NCBI GenBank assembly: GCA_031372565.1
Contig: JANMLN010000181.1
Coordinates: forward strand, 1-58,610
Length of the DNA stretch: 58,610 nt
Direction of reading: 5' to 3'
Origin: Gemmatimonadota bacterium
GTDB lineage: Bacteria; Gemmatimonadota; Gemmatimonadetes; Gemmatimonadales; Gemmatimonadaceae
In this document: piece by piece, positions 22,188 through 32,239 of the stretch
Numbering within the stretch: position 1 is the first letter of the stretch
Layout of the letters: each line of letters begins with the position of its first letter
Notes under the pieces: model-generated
Databases searched by the model: none
Seen by the model: only the letters and a program-made list of their open reading frames with translations
What the model was told of the DNA's origin: nothing
Position numbers and translations under genes: made by a program

Positions 22188-24497
22188 ATGACCGCACCCC
22201 GCGCCACCGAGCTCGATCTCCGACCGTCCTATCTCGCAGCAGGCATCGCGGCCCTGGCCGTGCTGCTGCTGTATCTCGTGACCCTCGCCCCGTCCACCGC
22301 GATGTGGGACACGAGCGAGTACATCACGGCGGCGTACGTGCTCGGCCTGCCGCATCCGCCGGGCAACCCCTTCTTCGTGCTGATCGGCCGGGTGGCCTCC
22401 ATCCTGCCAATCGCGCCCACGGTTGCCACGCGCATCAACGTGCTGGCGGCCCTCGCGAGCGCCGTGTCAGCCGGCATGTGGTTCCTGATCACCGAACGGG
22501 TGCTCGTCAGCTGGTTTGCGCAGAAGTGGACGCGCCTCGTCATCGCGAGTGTCTCCGCCGTCATCGGTTCCACGGCGTTCACGGTGTGGAACCAGTCGGT
22601 CGTGAACGAGAAGGTGTACACGATCTCGCTCGTCGGTCTCGCCGTCTGCTCGTGGCTCACGGTGCGGTGGTGCGACGAGCCCGATGGTCGCAAGGCAGAT
22701 CGGATCCTCGTGCTCGTGGCCTACCTCTGCGGCCTGGGCTACACGAACCACATGGCCGGCATGTTGGCTGGCCCGGCCGTGGCCATCGCGGTCCTCGTGC
22801 GCCGTCCGCGCACCGTGCTCCGCTGGAAGCTGCTCCTCGCCATCCTCGGCGCGATTCTCCTCGGCGGGTCCGTCTTCGCCACGCAGCCCATCCGCGCCGC
22901 GCACAATCCGGCCCTCAATGAGGGCGACCCGACCGGCTGTCGTGCCGGCCTCAAGCTGGACTGCACGTTCAGCAAGGGGACGTACGACGCCTTCATGTAC
23001 AACTTCAACCGCGGCCAGTACGGCAAGCCGGAACTCGGCACGCGGCAGGCCCCGCTCTCGGCACAAGTCGGGATGTGGTGGCTCTACTTCAAGTGGCAGT
23101 GGTGGCGTGATGGCGACGGTGCGTCGCTGGGCATCCAGACCACGCTGGCCGTCATCTTCCTGCTGCTCGGTTTGCTGGGCGGCTACGTGCACTGGCAACG
23201 GGACCGACGAAGCTTCTCGTTCTTCGGGCCGTTGATGTTCACGCTGACGTTGCTGCTCATCTACTACCTCAACTTCAAGTACGGCGCGTCGCAGTCGCCG
23301 GAGCTGCAGGACTCGGTCAATCGCGAAGTCCGCGATCGTGACTACTTCTACCTCTGGTCCTTCTCGGCGTGGAGCGTCTGGGCTGCGCTGGGCCTCGCCT
23401 TCGTGTGGGAGACGGTCTCCGAGCTCGCCCAGAGCGAGACGGTCGTCGTCGGGCGCGAGTCGATCAGCAATCCGACCAGGCGTGGATGGATGATGGGACT
23501 GCCGGTGCTGCTCATCGCGGCCGTTCCGGCATTCGGCAATGCCAAGTGGGCCTCACGCGCCGGCGAGACCGATACGCGCGACTTCGCGCACGACATCCTC
23601 AATTCAGTCGAGCCGTACGGTGTGCTGGTCACCGTCGGCGACAACGACACCTTCCCGCTCTGGTACGCGCAGGAAGTCGAGGGGATTCGCAAGGACGTGG
23701 TGGTAGCCAACACCTCGCTGCTCAATACCGAGTGGTACACGCGGCAGATCATCCGTCGCCCGGTCTACGAGTACGACGCCAAGGCGGGCCCCGCCATCTA
23801 TCGCGACAAGTCGTGGCCCAAGCCCGCGCGCGGGCCGATCAACATGACGCTCGACGATGCCGACAAGGTGCCGCTCTACATGGAGCTGCAGCAGCCGCAG
23901 CTGTTCACCAAGGGCGACCTCACGGCCACCATCGATCCCAAGACGCTGCAGCACGGGGTGCTCGAGCGCGCGGACGTGTTCGTGCTCCGCATGATCCAGG
24001 ACGCGTTCCCCGAGCGCCCGCTCTACTTCGCCCGCACCTCGGCTGGCTACGGCGAGTCACTCGGCCTTGGCCCCTACCTCCTCACGCAGGGGCTCGCGCG
24101 CAAGCTGAGCGCCACGGCGCTCAAGGCGTCCAAGGACACGCTGCAGCTGCCCGGGCAGGGGTTTCTCGACGTGAAGCGCACCAAGGACCTCTGGAAAGAT
24201 GTCTTTGTCGGGCAGGCGGCGATCATCCGGAAGGGCCATTGGGTGGACCGTCCCTCCGTCGGCATCCCGTATCTGTACGTCTCGACGGGCCTGCTCCTGA
24301 CCGAAGCGCTGCGCTTGAACGGCGATGGCGCTTACGCGCCGAACGTGCTCGAGACCACGCGCAAGCTGGCCAAGGCAACGGGGCTCGGCGACATCGCGCC
24401 GGAACCGGTCGACGCGCCGGTCCCGTTGGCACCCTCGGGCGACACGGCACTCAAGCAGAAGGCGGGCAAGGCTGCCCCGAAGCCCGGCAAGCCGTAG
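22188..24497 (+). CDS. DUF2723 (TMEM260-like, GT-C) membrane protein
   Basis: WDTSEY..HPPGNP, many transmembrane helices, EVRDRDYF, TVGDNDTFPLWYAQEVEG..DV..NTSLLNT.WY. Confidence 0.85.
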   Translation: MTAPRATELDLRPSYLAAGIAALAVLLLYLVTLAPSTAMWDTSEYITAAYVLGLPHPPGNPFFVLIGRVASILPIAPTVATRINVLAALASAVSAGMWFLITERVLVSWFAQKWTRLVIASVSAVIGSTAFTVWNQSVVNEKVYTISLVGLAVCSWLTVRWCDEPDGRKADRILVLVAYLCGLGYTNHMAGMLAGPAVAIAVLVRRPRTVLRWKLLLAILGAILLGGSVFATQPIRAAHNPALNEGDPTGCRAGLKLDCTFSKGTYDAFMYNFNRGQYGKPELGTRQAPLSAQVGMWWLYFKWQWWRDGDGASLGIQTTLAVIFLLLGLLGGYVHWQRDRRSFSFFGPLMFTLTLLLIYYLNFKYGASQSPELQDSVNREVRDRDYFYLWSFSAWSVWAALGLAFVWETVSELAQSETVVVGRESISNPTRRGWMMGLPVLLIAAVPAFGNAKWASRAGETDTRDFAHDILNSVEPYGVLVTVGDNDTFPLWYAQEVEGIRKDVVVANTSLLNTEWYTRQIIRRPVYEYDAKAGPAIYRDKSWPKPARGPINMTLDDADKVPLYMELQQPQLFTKGDLTATIDPKTLQHGVLERADVFVLRMIQDAFPERPLYFARTSAGYGESLGLGPYLLTQGLARKLSATALKASKDTLQLPGQGFLDVKRTKDLWKDVFVGQAAIIRKGHWVDRPSVGIPYLYVSTGLLLTEALRLNGDGAYAPNVLETTRKLAKATGLGDIAPEPVDAPVPLAPSGDTALKQKAGKAAPKPGKP

Positions 24498-24521
24498 CGG
24501 ACAGTTCGCTGTCTGGTACGC

Positions 24522-24560
24522 GAACGGCCGGTCCCTGCACAGCAGGGGCCGGCCGTTTCG
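24522..24560. terminator. Probable bidirectional terminator hairpin between convergent genes
   Basis: GAACGGCCGGTCCCTGC-ACA-GCAGGGGCCGGCCGTTT, a ~17-bp stem. Confidence 0.7.
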
Positions 24561-24600
24561 CTTGACGCGTACCTCGTGTGGTTGATACAGCGCGGGTCGC

Positions 24601-25914
24601 TCAGCCTCCCGTCGCTTCCACCGGGTGCGCTCGCTTGAACAGGAGCAGAAAGAAGCCGCTCAACACCGTGAGCGTGCCGTAGAGCGCCGTCATCGGCTTG
24701 TCGATCGTGACGTACGTCAGCGTCCAGACCGACAGCGCGATGAAGATGATCGGCGTCACTGGATAGCCCCACGTCCGGTAGGGGCGCGGCAGGTTGGGTT
24801 CTCGCACGCGCAACACGATGACACCCAGCACCACCAGCAGCGAGAAGAGATTCATCGTGAAGCCGGCGTAGGTGAGCACCGGCTCGAATGCCCCCGTCAG
24901 GATGAACGCGAGCGCGATGACTTGTTGCGCCACGAGTGCGTTGCGTGGCTGGCCGCTCGTCGTTCGGCGCGCGAACACGGCCAGCGCCGGCAGATCCTCG
25001 CCGATCACCTGCGTGATGCGCGGCCCGGCGAACGTCATCGCGCTGATGCTCGACAGCAGCACGAGCGCGATCATGATGTTCATCGCCTTGCCGCCAGCCG
25101 CGCCGAGCATCGCGGTGGCGGCGAGGCCGCCGACCTCCACCTTTCCTGCCAGCTCCGCCATGGGCACGGCGCGCAGAAAAGTCCAGTTGAGCGCGAGGTA
25201 CATCGCCGTGACGATCAGCGTTGCGTGCAGCATCGCGCGCGGGAGGGTGCGCTGCGGGTCGCGCATCTCGCCCACCATGTAGGCTGCCGCGTTCCATCCC
25301 GAAAAGGCATAGCTCACGTAGATGAGCGACACGGCGAACGAACCGGTCGGGAGCTCGGCCCAGGCTGCGGCCGTTGGCGCGAACGAGACATTCGTCCGCA
25401 CCGGAAGCGCGAGGCCGACCGCCACGAATCCGACGATGAGCACGACTTTGAGGCCGGTGGTGCTCACCTGGAACAGCTCGGCCAATCGGAGCGACACGGC
25501 ATGAATGCCGCTGATGGCCAGCAGCGCCATGACCGCGATCACCCGCGGGCTGCCCGGCACGATGCCCTGCAGGAAGGTGCCCAGCGCGATACAGGCGAGC
25601 GCAATCGGCGCCGCGTGCGCCACCGTGATCTCCGACCAGCCAGCCAACAGGCCCAGCACCGGGTGGTAGACGCGCCGCAGGAAGTGATACTCGCCCCCCG
25701 AGCGCGGAATCGTGGCCCCCAACTCGGCGTACGAGAGCGCGCCACACAGGGCCACCAGTCCGCCGACCGCCCAGATGGCCAGCAACGCGAACCCCGAGTG
25801 CGTCCCCAACACCTGGAAACCCAGCGACGTGAACACGCCGGTACCGACCATGTCGGCGACCGCAACAGAAACAGCGGTCAGGTATCCGATCGACCTGGGG
25901 CCGCCCGTCTTCAC
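24601..25914 (-). CDS. APC family amino acid permease
   Basis: DMVGTGVF, GALSYAELG..PRSGGEY, YAFSGWN, about 12 transmembrane helices; GTG start overlaps the upstream stop. Confidence 0.9.
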   Translation of the reverse strand: MKTGGPRSIGYLTAVSVAVADMVGTGVFTSLGFQVLGTHSGFALLAIWAVGGLVALCGALSYAELGATIPRSGGEYHFLRRVYHPVLGLLAGWSEITVAHAAPIALACIALGTFLQGIVPGSPRVIAVMALLAISGIHAVSLRLAELFQVSTTGLKVVLIVGFVAVGLALPVRTNVSFAPTAAAWAELPTGSFAVSLIYVSYAFSGWNAAAYMVGEMRDPQRTLPRAMLHATLIVTAMYLALNWTFLRAVPMAELAGKVEVGGLAATAMLGAAGGKAMNIMIALVLLSSISAMTFAGPRITQVIGEDLPALAVFARRTTSGQPRNALVAQQVIALAFILTGAFEPVLTYAGFTMNLFSLLVVLGVIVLRVREPNLPRPYRTWGYPVTPIIFIALSVWTLTYVTIDKPMTALYGTLTVLSGFFLLLFKRAHPVEATGG

Positions 25915-26819
25915 ACCTCGGCGCGCGCGGGCTCCCGCTCGATCGCGGGAGCGTCAGGCCCGGCGGAGGCAACGGGCGCCGGTGCAGGCGCGACACCGTC
26001 AGCGGCGTGCTTCGCGTCGTACAGCGCCTGCTGCGTCTCGGCATGCGCCCGGAACGCGTACGCGTGCTGCTTGAAGTACGCGGCACCGTTGCCGAGCGGG
26101 AAGTGCTCGTCCTCGAGCCCGTAGGCCACGGCCTTGCGCGTCTTCCGATCCGGGAAGAACGCCGTGCCGAACAGCCAGTCCCACAGCGCGAACTTGGTGC
26201 CGAAGTTCGTGTCATACGCTTCGCGATCGAGCGCATGGTGCCAGCGATGCATCTCCGGCCCGTTGAAGACGTACTGGAACACGCCGAGGCGCACGTCGAT
26301 GTTGGCGTGGATGAACATCCCCCACACCGCGCTGATCGTGCCCTTGATGATCGGCACTTCTGGCGAGGCACCGAGCAGGATCATCGGCGCGAACTCGATG
26401 GTCTGGTTGATCAGGATCTCGAGCGAATGCGAGCGCACCCCCGAGAGCCAATCGACATTGGGCGTCGAGTGATGCGCCTCGTGCAGCCGCCAGAACCACT
26501 TGTTCCCGTGCTGGAAGCGGTGGAAGCAGTAGATGTAGAGGTCGTGCGAGACGAGGAAGAGCAGCACCTGCGTCCAGACCGGCCAGTGGCCGATCAGGGA
26601 GTGGGATTCCCAGGTGGTGTGGCCGTTCAGCCAGACGAGCACGCTCGTGATGATCACGCCCAGCGCATAACTCTGCAGCAGGCAGTAGCCGACGAAGTCC
26701 GTCCAGAAACCCTCGCGAAAGAGTTGCTGATCGGCGTTGTACGGCCAGCGCCGCTCCGCGAGGAGCATCGCCAGCGCGCTGACCGTCATGATGCCAAGGG
26801 ACAGGACCTGCAGGTTCAT
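25911..26819 (-). CDS. Sterol desaturase/fatty acid hydroxylase family di-iron membrane enzyme
   Basis: His boxes FHRFQH, LHEAHHS, FIHAN, MHRWHH; NFG...WDWLFGT. Confidence 0.9.
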   Translation of the reverse strand: MNLQVLSLGIMTVSALAMLLAERRWPYNADQQLFREGFWTDFVGYCLLQSYALGVIITSVLVWLNGHTTWESHSLIGHWPVWTQVLLFLVSHDLYIYCFHRFQHGNKWFWRLHEAHHSTPNVDWLSGVRSHSLEILINQTIEFAPMILLGASPEVPIIKGTISAVWGMFIHANIDVRLGVFQYVFNGPEMHRWHHALDREAYDTNFGTKFALWDWLFGTAFFPDRKTRKAVAYGLEDEHFPLGNGAAYFKQHAYAFRAHAETQQALYDAKHAADGVAPAPAPVASAGPDAPAIEREPARAEV

Positions 26820-26835
26820 GGGGAGTGACCCGGTA

Positions 26836-27744
26836 TCAGTTTGATTCCTTCGGCTTGCGCAGGCTCTCGCGCTTCTTCATTTCCGACTCGTACACGTGCT
26901 TCACGCCGTCGCCCAAGGCTTCCTCGATCGTGCGGATGTCGCGCACGAGTCGCTCGAGCCCGACAATCTCCACCGAGGCGGCCTGGTCCGAGCCCCACAG
27001 CGCGCGATCGACCGTCACGTGCCGCTCCACGAAGCTCGCCCCGAGCGCGACGGCCACTTCCGTGGTCGCCAATCCGACCTCGTGGCCGCTGTATCCGATC
27101 GGCGTGCTGGGGAACTGTGCGCGCAACGTCTGGATCATGCTGAGGTTGAGTTCCTTCGGCGGGCACGGATACGACGACGTCGAGTGCGCGATCAGCAGGT
27201 TCTGCAGGCCAATCGCCTTGATGGCATCGTCGATCTCCTCCTGCGTGCTCATGCCGGTCGAGATGATGAGCGGACGCCCCGTGTCGATCATCGCCTTCAG
27301 CAGCGGCCAATCCGTGAGCGACGCCGATGCCGCCTTGTAGAACGGCGGGTTGAACTGCTCCATGAACGCCACCGACTCCTCGTCCCAGCACGACGCGGTC
27401 CAGTCGATGCCCTTCTCGCGACAGTAGCGGTCGATCTCGGCGTATTCGTCCTTGCCGAACTCCACCTTGTGGCGGTAGTCGATGTACTTCATCCGCCCCC
27501 ACGGCGTGTCGCGCTCCTTGTCCCACTCGCTCTTGGGGGTGCAGATCTCGGGAGTGCGCTTCTGGAACTTGGCGCAGTCGGCTCCGGCATGCACGGCCCC
27601 GTCGATGATCTGCTTGGCCAGCTCCATCGAGCCGTTGTGATTGATGCCGATCTCGGCGATCACGTAGCAGGGCTCTCCGTCCCCCATGGCCTTGCCGTTC
27701 TTGAGGGCGACGTGACGGGCCGGCGTGTTGGTCGAGGAAGTCAT
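26836..27744 (-). CDS. NeuB-family PEP-condensing ulosonate synthase (short form lacking the SAF domain)
   Basis: IAEIGINHNG, KFQKR, IISTGMS, HSTSSYP, IGYSGHE, ERHVT, GSDQAAS; about 302 aa. Confidence 0.92.
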   Translation of the reverse strand: MTSSTNTPARHVALKNGKAMGDGEPCYVIAEIGINHNGSMELAKQIIDGAVHAGADCAKFQKRTPEICTPKSEWDKERDTPWGRMKYIDYRHKVEFGKDEYAEIDRYCREKGIDWTASCWDEESVAFMEQFNPPFYKAASASLTDWPLLKAMIDTGRPLIISTGMSTQEEIDDAIKAIGLQNLLIAHSTSSYPCPPKELNLSMIQTLRAQFPSTPIGYSGHEVGLATTEVAVALGASFVERHVTVDRALWGSDQAASVEIVGLERLVRDIRTIEEALGDGVKHVYESEMKKRESLRKPKESN

Positions 27745-28280
27745 CAGGCGTGCCTGGAGGTGGAGGGCCGCAGCGCGGCCGGAGGGAATTGGGCGGCGAG
27801 CACCAGCTCCGCGAATTCGCGGAACGCGCCATGGCCGCCCGTGCGGCGGCACACGTGGTGCACCCGGTCGAGCACGAGCGGCTCTGCATCCGCAGGAGCC
27901 GCGGCGAGCCCGACGGCGTCGAGCACGTCGAGGTCGTTCACGTCATCGCCGATGTAGGCGATCTGGTCCATGGTCAGTCCGCGTGCCGCGGCAATCGCCA
28001 CCACCGCGGGCAGCTTGTCGCGCACGCCCAGATGCAGTTCGTCGATCTTGAGCTTCTCTGCGCGCTTGGCCACGATGGCCGACTGTTCGCGCGTGATGAT
28101 GCCGGTGGGAATCCCACCGATCACGCGCAACCGCTCGACGCCCATGCCGTCGCGCAGCGAGAACCGCTTCATCTGCTCACCCTCGGCCGACACGTACACG
28201 CCGGCATCGGTCAGCACGCCATCGCAATCGGTCAGCACGAGCTGCACCCGTTCGGCACGCGCGCGGACGTCCGCGGTCAT
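27744..28280 (-). CDS. KdsC-type HAD phosphatase (KDO-8-P/KDN-9-P phosphatase-like)
   Basis: DCDGVLTD, FSLRDGMG, YIGDDVND, GGHGAFRE. Confidence 0.9.
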   Translation of the reverse strand: MTADVRARAERVQLVLTDCDGVLTDAGVYVSAEGEQMKRFSLRDGMGVERLRVIGGIPTGIITREQSAIVAKRAEKLKIDELHLGVRDKLPAVVAIAAARGLTMDQIAYIGDDVNDLDVLDAVGLAAAPADAEPLVLDRVHHVCRRTGGHGAFREFAELVLAAQFPPAALRPSTSRHA

Positions 28281-28291
28281 CGGGGCCTCGG

Positions 28292-29116
28292 CTACCACGC
28301 GGTGAAGCCTCCGTCCACGACCACCGTCGATCCGGTCACGTAGCGCGAGGCATCACTCGCGAGAAAGAGCAGCGCGCCGCGGTAGTCGTTGGGCTGCGCC
28401 ATCCGACCGAGCGGCGTGCGCTTGCCGTAGTTCTGCAGGAACCAGTCTTCCTGTCCCGCTTCGACGCCCCCGGGCACGAGCGTGTTGACGCGCACGCCGG
28501 CCGGGCCCCAGTACGCCGCCAGGAAACGCGTGAAGGCCAGCACGGCCCCCTTGCTCGTCGGGTACGCCGGCGACTTGTACATCGTGCGCGTGCCATCAGG
28601 CTTCACGTACAAGCTCTGGTCCGGCCCGACCAATCCGTAGGTGCTCGACACGTTGATGATGCTGCCGCGCCCCGCGGCCGCCATGTCGGCGCCGAGAATC
28701 CGGCTCGGGAGAAAGACGCCGGTGGTATTCACGTCGATCACCCGCCGCCACTCCTCGAGCGGAAAGTTCTCGAACTTCGTGGCCTCGACGCCCATCGTGC
28801 GCGTCTCGACCTTGTCGTTGATCGCGCCATTGTTGACGAGCACGTCGAGGCGGCCGAACCGGCTGCGCAGCGTGTCACGCAGCGCGGTCAGGTCGGCTTC
28901 ACTCGTGATGTCGGCGGTCACGGCGAGCGGCGTGGCGCCGCCCCCGGCCGCGAGCGCGGCCGTGGCCGCGTCCAGCAACTGCCGGTTCATGTCCACCAGC
29001 ACCACGGTGGCGCCCGCGTCGCGGAGCGCCTCGCAGTGATGGCGGCCAATCAACCCGGCCGCACCGGTGACGACGGCGACCTGGCCGTCGAGCGAAAACT
29101 CGGTGGCCACGCTCAC
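28292..29116 (-). CDS. Short-chain dehydrogenase/reductase
   Basis: TGAAGLIG, LVNNG, SSTYG, YPTSK (YxxxK), VRVNTLVPGG. Confidence 0.92.
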   Translation of the reverse strand: MSVATEFSLDGQVAVVTGAAGLIGRHHCEALRDAGATVVLVDMNRQLLDAATAALAAGGGATPLAVTADITSEADLTALRDTLRSRFGRLDVLVNNGAINDKVETRTMGVEATKFENFPLEEWRRVIDVNTTGVFLPSRILGADMAAAGRGSIINVSSTYGLVGPDQSLYVKPDGTRTMYKSPAYPTSKGAVLAFTRFLAAYWGPAGVRVNTLVPGGVEAGQEDWFLQNYGKRTPLGRMAQPNDYRGALLFLASDASRYVTGSTVVVDGGFTAW

Positions 29117-30444
29117 TTCGTGTTCGGCTTCATGTTGAAGTTGCTCGTGCGGCGGAACACCGGCTCCACGAGCTCCCCCTGTACCAGCCCCTTCACGTCG
29201 CCCGCCGTCACGGCATCCTTGAGTACCGAGAGTGACTCACGGTACGCGCTGAGCAGGTGTGCGACCTCGCGCTCCCCGTGCGAGAAGCTCATGGCGTGCG
29301 CCCCCGTCCAGAGCACGCCGCGACGGATCAGCTCCTGCTGGAGCAGACTCTTGAGCTCGAGCGGATTGCCCGCCTTGGCGTCGAGCACCACCGCCGAGCG
29401 CGTCGCTTGTCCGACGCACTTGGTCCACTCGCTGATCCCCAGCTCCGCCGCGATCGCGTTGTAGCCGTCCTTCACGAGCGTCCCCTGCTTCCACAGGAAC
29501 TCCGGCACCTTCTTCTCCACCAGTTCGAGCATCGTGGCCTTGGCCGCGGCAAGCGACAGCGCCTCGCCGCCGAACGTCGTGAAGAAGAAGGTCTCCTTCT
29601 CGAGCACCTGCATCAGGTCCGCGCGCCCGCAAATCACCGAGAGCGGCATCCCGTTCGCGATCGCCTTGCTGAACGTGGCCAGATCCGGCGTCACGCCGTA
29701 GTGCTGCTGCGCGCCACCCGTCGACATGCGGAACCCGGTCCACATCTCGTCGAAGATCAGCACGATGCCCTTCTCGGTGCACTTGGCGCGCAGGTGCTCG
29801 AGGAAGCCCGGCTTCGGCTCCTCGAACACGGTCGGCTCGAGGATCACGGCCGCGATGTCGTCGTCCAGCGACGCGTCAAACGACTCGACCGAGTTGTAGT
29901 CGAAGGTGAACGACAGGTCCTTGACGGCCTGCGGAATGCCCTTGCTGCGATCGGTGACCGCGATGTAGAAGTCGTGCCACCCGTGATAGCCGCAGCACAG
30001 CACCTTGTTGCGCCCGGTGTTCGCGCGCGCAATGCGCACGGCCACGGCGGTCGCGTCCACGCCGGTCTTGCTGAAGCGCACGGCCTCGGCGCACGGCACG
30101 AGGTCGCGCACCATCTCCGACACTTCCACCTCGAGCGGATGCATCAGCGAGAACGTGATGCCGTCGGCCAGCTGCGCCTTGATTGCGTCATCGACGCGGT
30201 CGTAGCAGTAGCCCAGCACCAGCGGCCCGATCCCCATGCTCATGTCGAGGAATTCGTTGCCGTCCACGTCGGTGAGCCACGCCCCCTTCCCCTTGCGGGC
30301 GTACTTGGGCGCGACCCCCTTGACGTACTGTCCCGGGCCCTTGGCGAGCGTCTGCGTCCCGGCGGGGATCAATCCCACCGAGCGGTTCCAGATCTTGTCC
30401 GACTCCGTGATCGTCGGGAGCGGAATCATCGTTGGCGCGGCCAT
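29113..30444 (-). CDS. Class III PLP aminotransferase (glutamate-1-semialdehyde aminomutase-like)
   Basis: DVDGNEFLD, GYHGWHD, IFDEMWTGFR, PDLATFSKAIANG, TTFGG. Confidence 0.92.
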   Translation of the reverse strand: MAAPTMIPLPTITESDKIWNRSVGLIPAGTQTLAKGPGQYVKGVAPKYARKGKGAWLTDVDGNEFLDMSMGIGPLVLGYCYDRVDDAIKAQLADGITFSLMHPLEVEVSEMVRDLVPCAEAVRFSKTGVDATAVAVRIARANTGRNKVLCCGYHGWHDFYIAVTDRSKGIPQAVKDLSFTFDYNSVESFDASLDDDIAAVILEPTVFEEPKPGFLEHLRAKCTEKGIVLIFDEMWTGFRMSTGGAQQHYGVTPDLATFSKAIANGMPLSVICGRADLMQVLEKETFFFTTFGGEALSLAAAKATMLELVEKKVPEFLWKQGTLVKDGYNAIAAELGISEWTKCVGQATRSAVVLDAKAGNPLELKSLLQQELIRRGVLWTGAHAMSFSHGEREVAHLLSAYRESLSVLKDAVTAGDVKGLVQGELVEPVFRRTSNFNMKPNTK

Positions 30445-30463
30445 GCCGTCAGTCCTCGCGAAG

Positions 30464-31381
30464 TCAGTGAGTCGGAACGGCCGCGAGCGCGGCCGTGATG
30501 CGGGTGGCGATCTGCGGTCCGCTCATCCCCTCGGCCTCGATGGCCGGACCGAGCAGCGTCGGCGTGAACCACCTGCCGTCGAACGCGATCGAGAGGTGAT
30601 GCGCCATCACGCGATGCTTGAGCAGCACTTCGGCGACGATCGAGCCGAGCCCGCCGGTGGCAAAGTGGTCTTCCACGGTCACGAGCAGCTTGGTGCCGCG
30701 CGCGGCGCGCACGATCGCGGCTTCGTCGATCGGCTTCGGGGTGCGCACGTTGACGAAGTGCACCGAGTGACCGGCGGCCGTGAGCAGCTCCATGGCTTCG
30801 TGCGCCTCCTTGGCGAGGGCGCCGTACGTCAGGATCCCGATGTCGGTACCCTCGCGGACGACTTCCGCCTGCCCGAGCACGAACGGCGCGGGGGTCCACG
30901 CGGCCGGGCGCGGGTTGTAGCGCATGTACCACGGGCTCGGATCCGCGAGGATGTGCGGGAAGCCCAGCAGCAGGTCATCGACCGAGGCGGGGGCGAACAC
31001 CTTCATGTTCGGCAGCCCGCGCATGATCGCAATGTCCTCGATCGCCTGGTGCGTGGGCCCGTTCGCATCGGACAGGATCCCCGGAACCCAGCCGACGATC
31101 TTCACCGGCAGGTTCGGGATGCACACATCATTGCGGATGAACTCGTACGGACGGAAGACGGCAAACGTCGCCAGTGCGTGGCACACCACCACGCGACCGC
31201 GCAGCGCCATGCCGGCCGCCATGCCGATCATCGTCTGCTCGGTGATCCCGACGTCCAGAAAGCGCTTGCCGATCTTGGCGGGCAACCCGCGCACGGGGGC
31301 GCGATTCTCCGCCGTCATGATGATGACGCGCTCGTCCGTCTGGACAGCCTGCGCGAGGAGGTCTTCGTAAATGAGCGGCAT
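30464..31381 (-). CDS. Transketolase, C-terminal (pyrimidine-binding) subunit
   Basis: DVGITEQTMIGMAAG, GPTHQAIED, VEDHFATGGLG. Confidence 0.9.
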   Translation of the reverse strand: MPLIYEDLLAQAVQTDERVIIMTAENRAPVRGLPAKIGKRFLDVGITEQTMIGMAAGMALRGRVVVCHALATFAVFRPYEFIRNDVCIPNLPVKIVGWVPGILSDANGPTHQAIEDIAIMRGLPNMKVFAPASVDDLLLGFPHILADPSPWYMRYNPRPAAWTPAPFVLGQAEVVREGTDIGILTYGALAKEAHEAMELLTAAGHSVHFVNVRTPKPIDEAAIVRAARGTKLLVTVEDHFATGGLGSIVAEVLLKHRVMAHHLSIAFDGRWFTPTLLGPAIEAEGMSGPQIATRITAALAAVPTH

Positions 31382-31384
31382 GGG

Positions 31385-32239
31385 CTAGCGCACCATCAGC
31401 GTTTCGGATGCGAGCGCCGCCTTGGCCTCGCCATGGAGTTCCTGCATGAGCTGGGCGATCTCGTCGTGGGAGAAGTTCACGAACCACCGGTCGGCACGCT
31501 TCTCGATGCTCGGCAGCCCCTTGCCGCGCACGGTCGTCGCCACGATCACGCTCGGGCCGGGCCCCTGCCCGACCTGCGCGAACGCCTGCTCCAGCGCGTC
31601 GAAGTCATGGCCGTCGCAGCCGACCGCGTTGGCGCCGAACGCCTGGAACTTGGGGAGCAGCGGCTCGAGCGGGACCAGTTCCTCGGTGCGCACGTTCGCC
31701 TGGAACTCGTTCCGGTCCACGATGACCACGAGGTTGTCGAGCTGCTGGGCGCTGGCCACGAGCAGTCCTTCCCACATCGTCCCCTCGTTCAACTCGCCGT
31801 CGCCCACGATCACGTACACCTTGTTCGTGCCGCCGCGCAGCTTGATGTCATAGGCGATCCCCATGCTCACCGAAAGCAGATGCCCGAGCGAACCCGAGTG
31901 GAACTCGACCCCCGGAATCGCGCGATTCGGGTGCCAGTAGATCTTGTCGGTGGGCTTCAGGTGATTGGCCAGCCGCTCCTTCGGGAAGTAGCCCAACTCG
32001 GCCAGCGTGCCGTACAACGCCGGCACGTCGTGTCCCTTGGACAGCAGCAGGTAGTCCCGGTTCGGGTCCTGCAGCGTCGCGGGGCTCACCTTCAGCACGC
32101 GCGAGTACAGGTGCACGATGAGGTCGGCACAGGAGAGCGACGCCCCGAGAAAGCACCCACCATCGGTGCTCATGCGGATGCAGTGCTCGCGGACTCGGAG
32201 GGCGAGCGCAGCCAGCGACTCGCGATCGGCGATATTCAT
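31385..32239 (-). CDS. Transketolase, N-terminal (ThDP-binding) subunit
   Basis: LSKGH, SGSLGH, GDGELNEG..WE..VDRN ThDP motif; ATG at 32239. Confidence 0.9.
   Translation of the reverse strand: MNIADRESLAALALRVREHCIRMSTDGGCFLGASLSCADLIVHLYSRVLKVSPATLQDPNRDYLLLSKGHDVPALYGTLAELGYFPKERLANHLKPTDKIYWHPNRAIPGVEFHSGSLGHLLSVSMGIAYDIKLRGGTNKVYVIVGDGELNEGTMWEGLLVASAQQLDNLVVIVDRNEFQANVRTEELVPLEPLLPKFQAFGANAVGCDGHDFDALEQAFAQVGQGPGPSVIVATTVRGKGLPSIEKRADRWFVNFSHDEIAQLMQELHGEAKAALASETLMVR

Noticed and set aside
29113..30444. hemL (tetrapyrrole synthesis)
   Set aside because: It lacks the typical HemL GGVNSPVR and YHGH motifs and sits inside a sugar operon.
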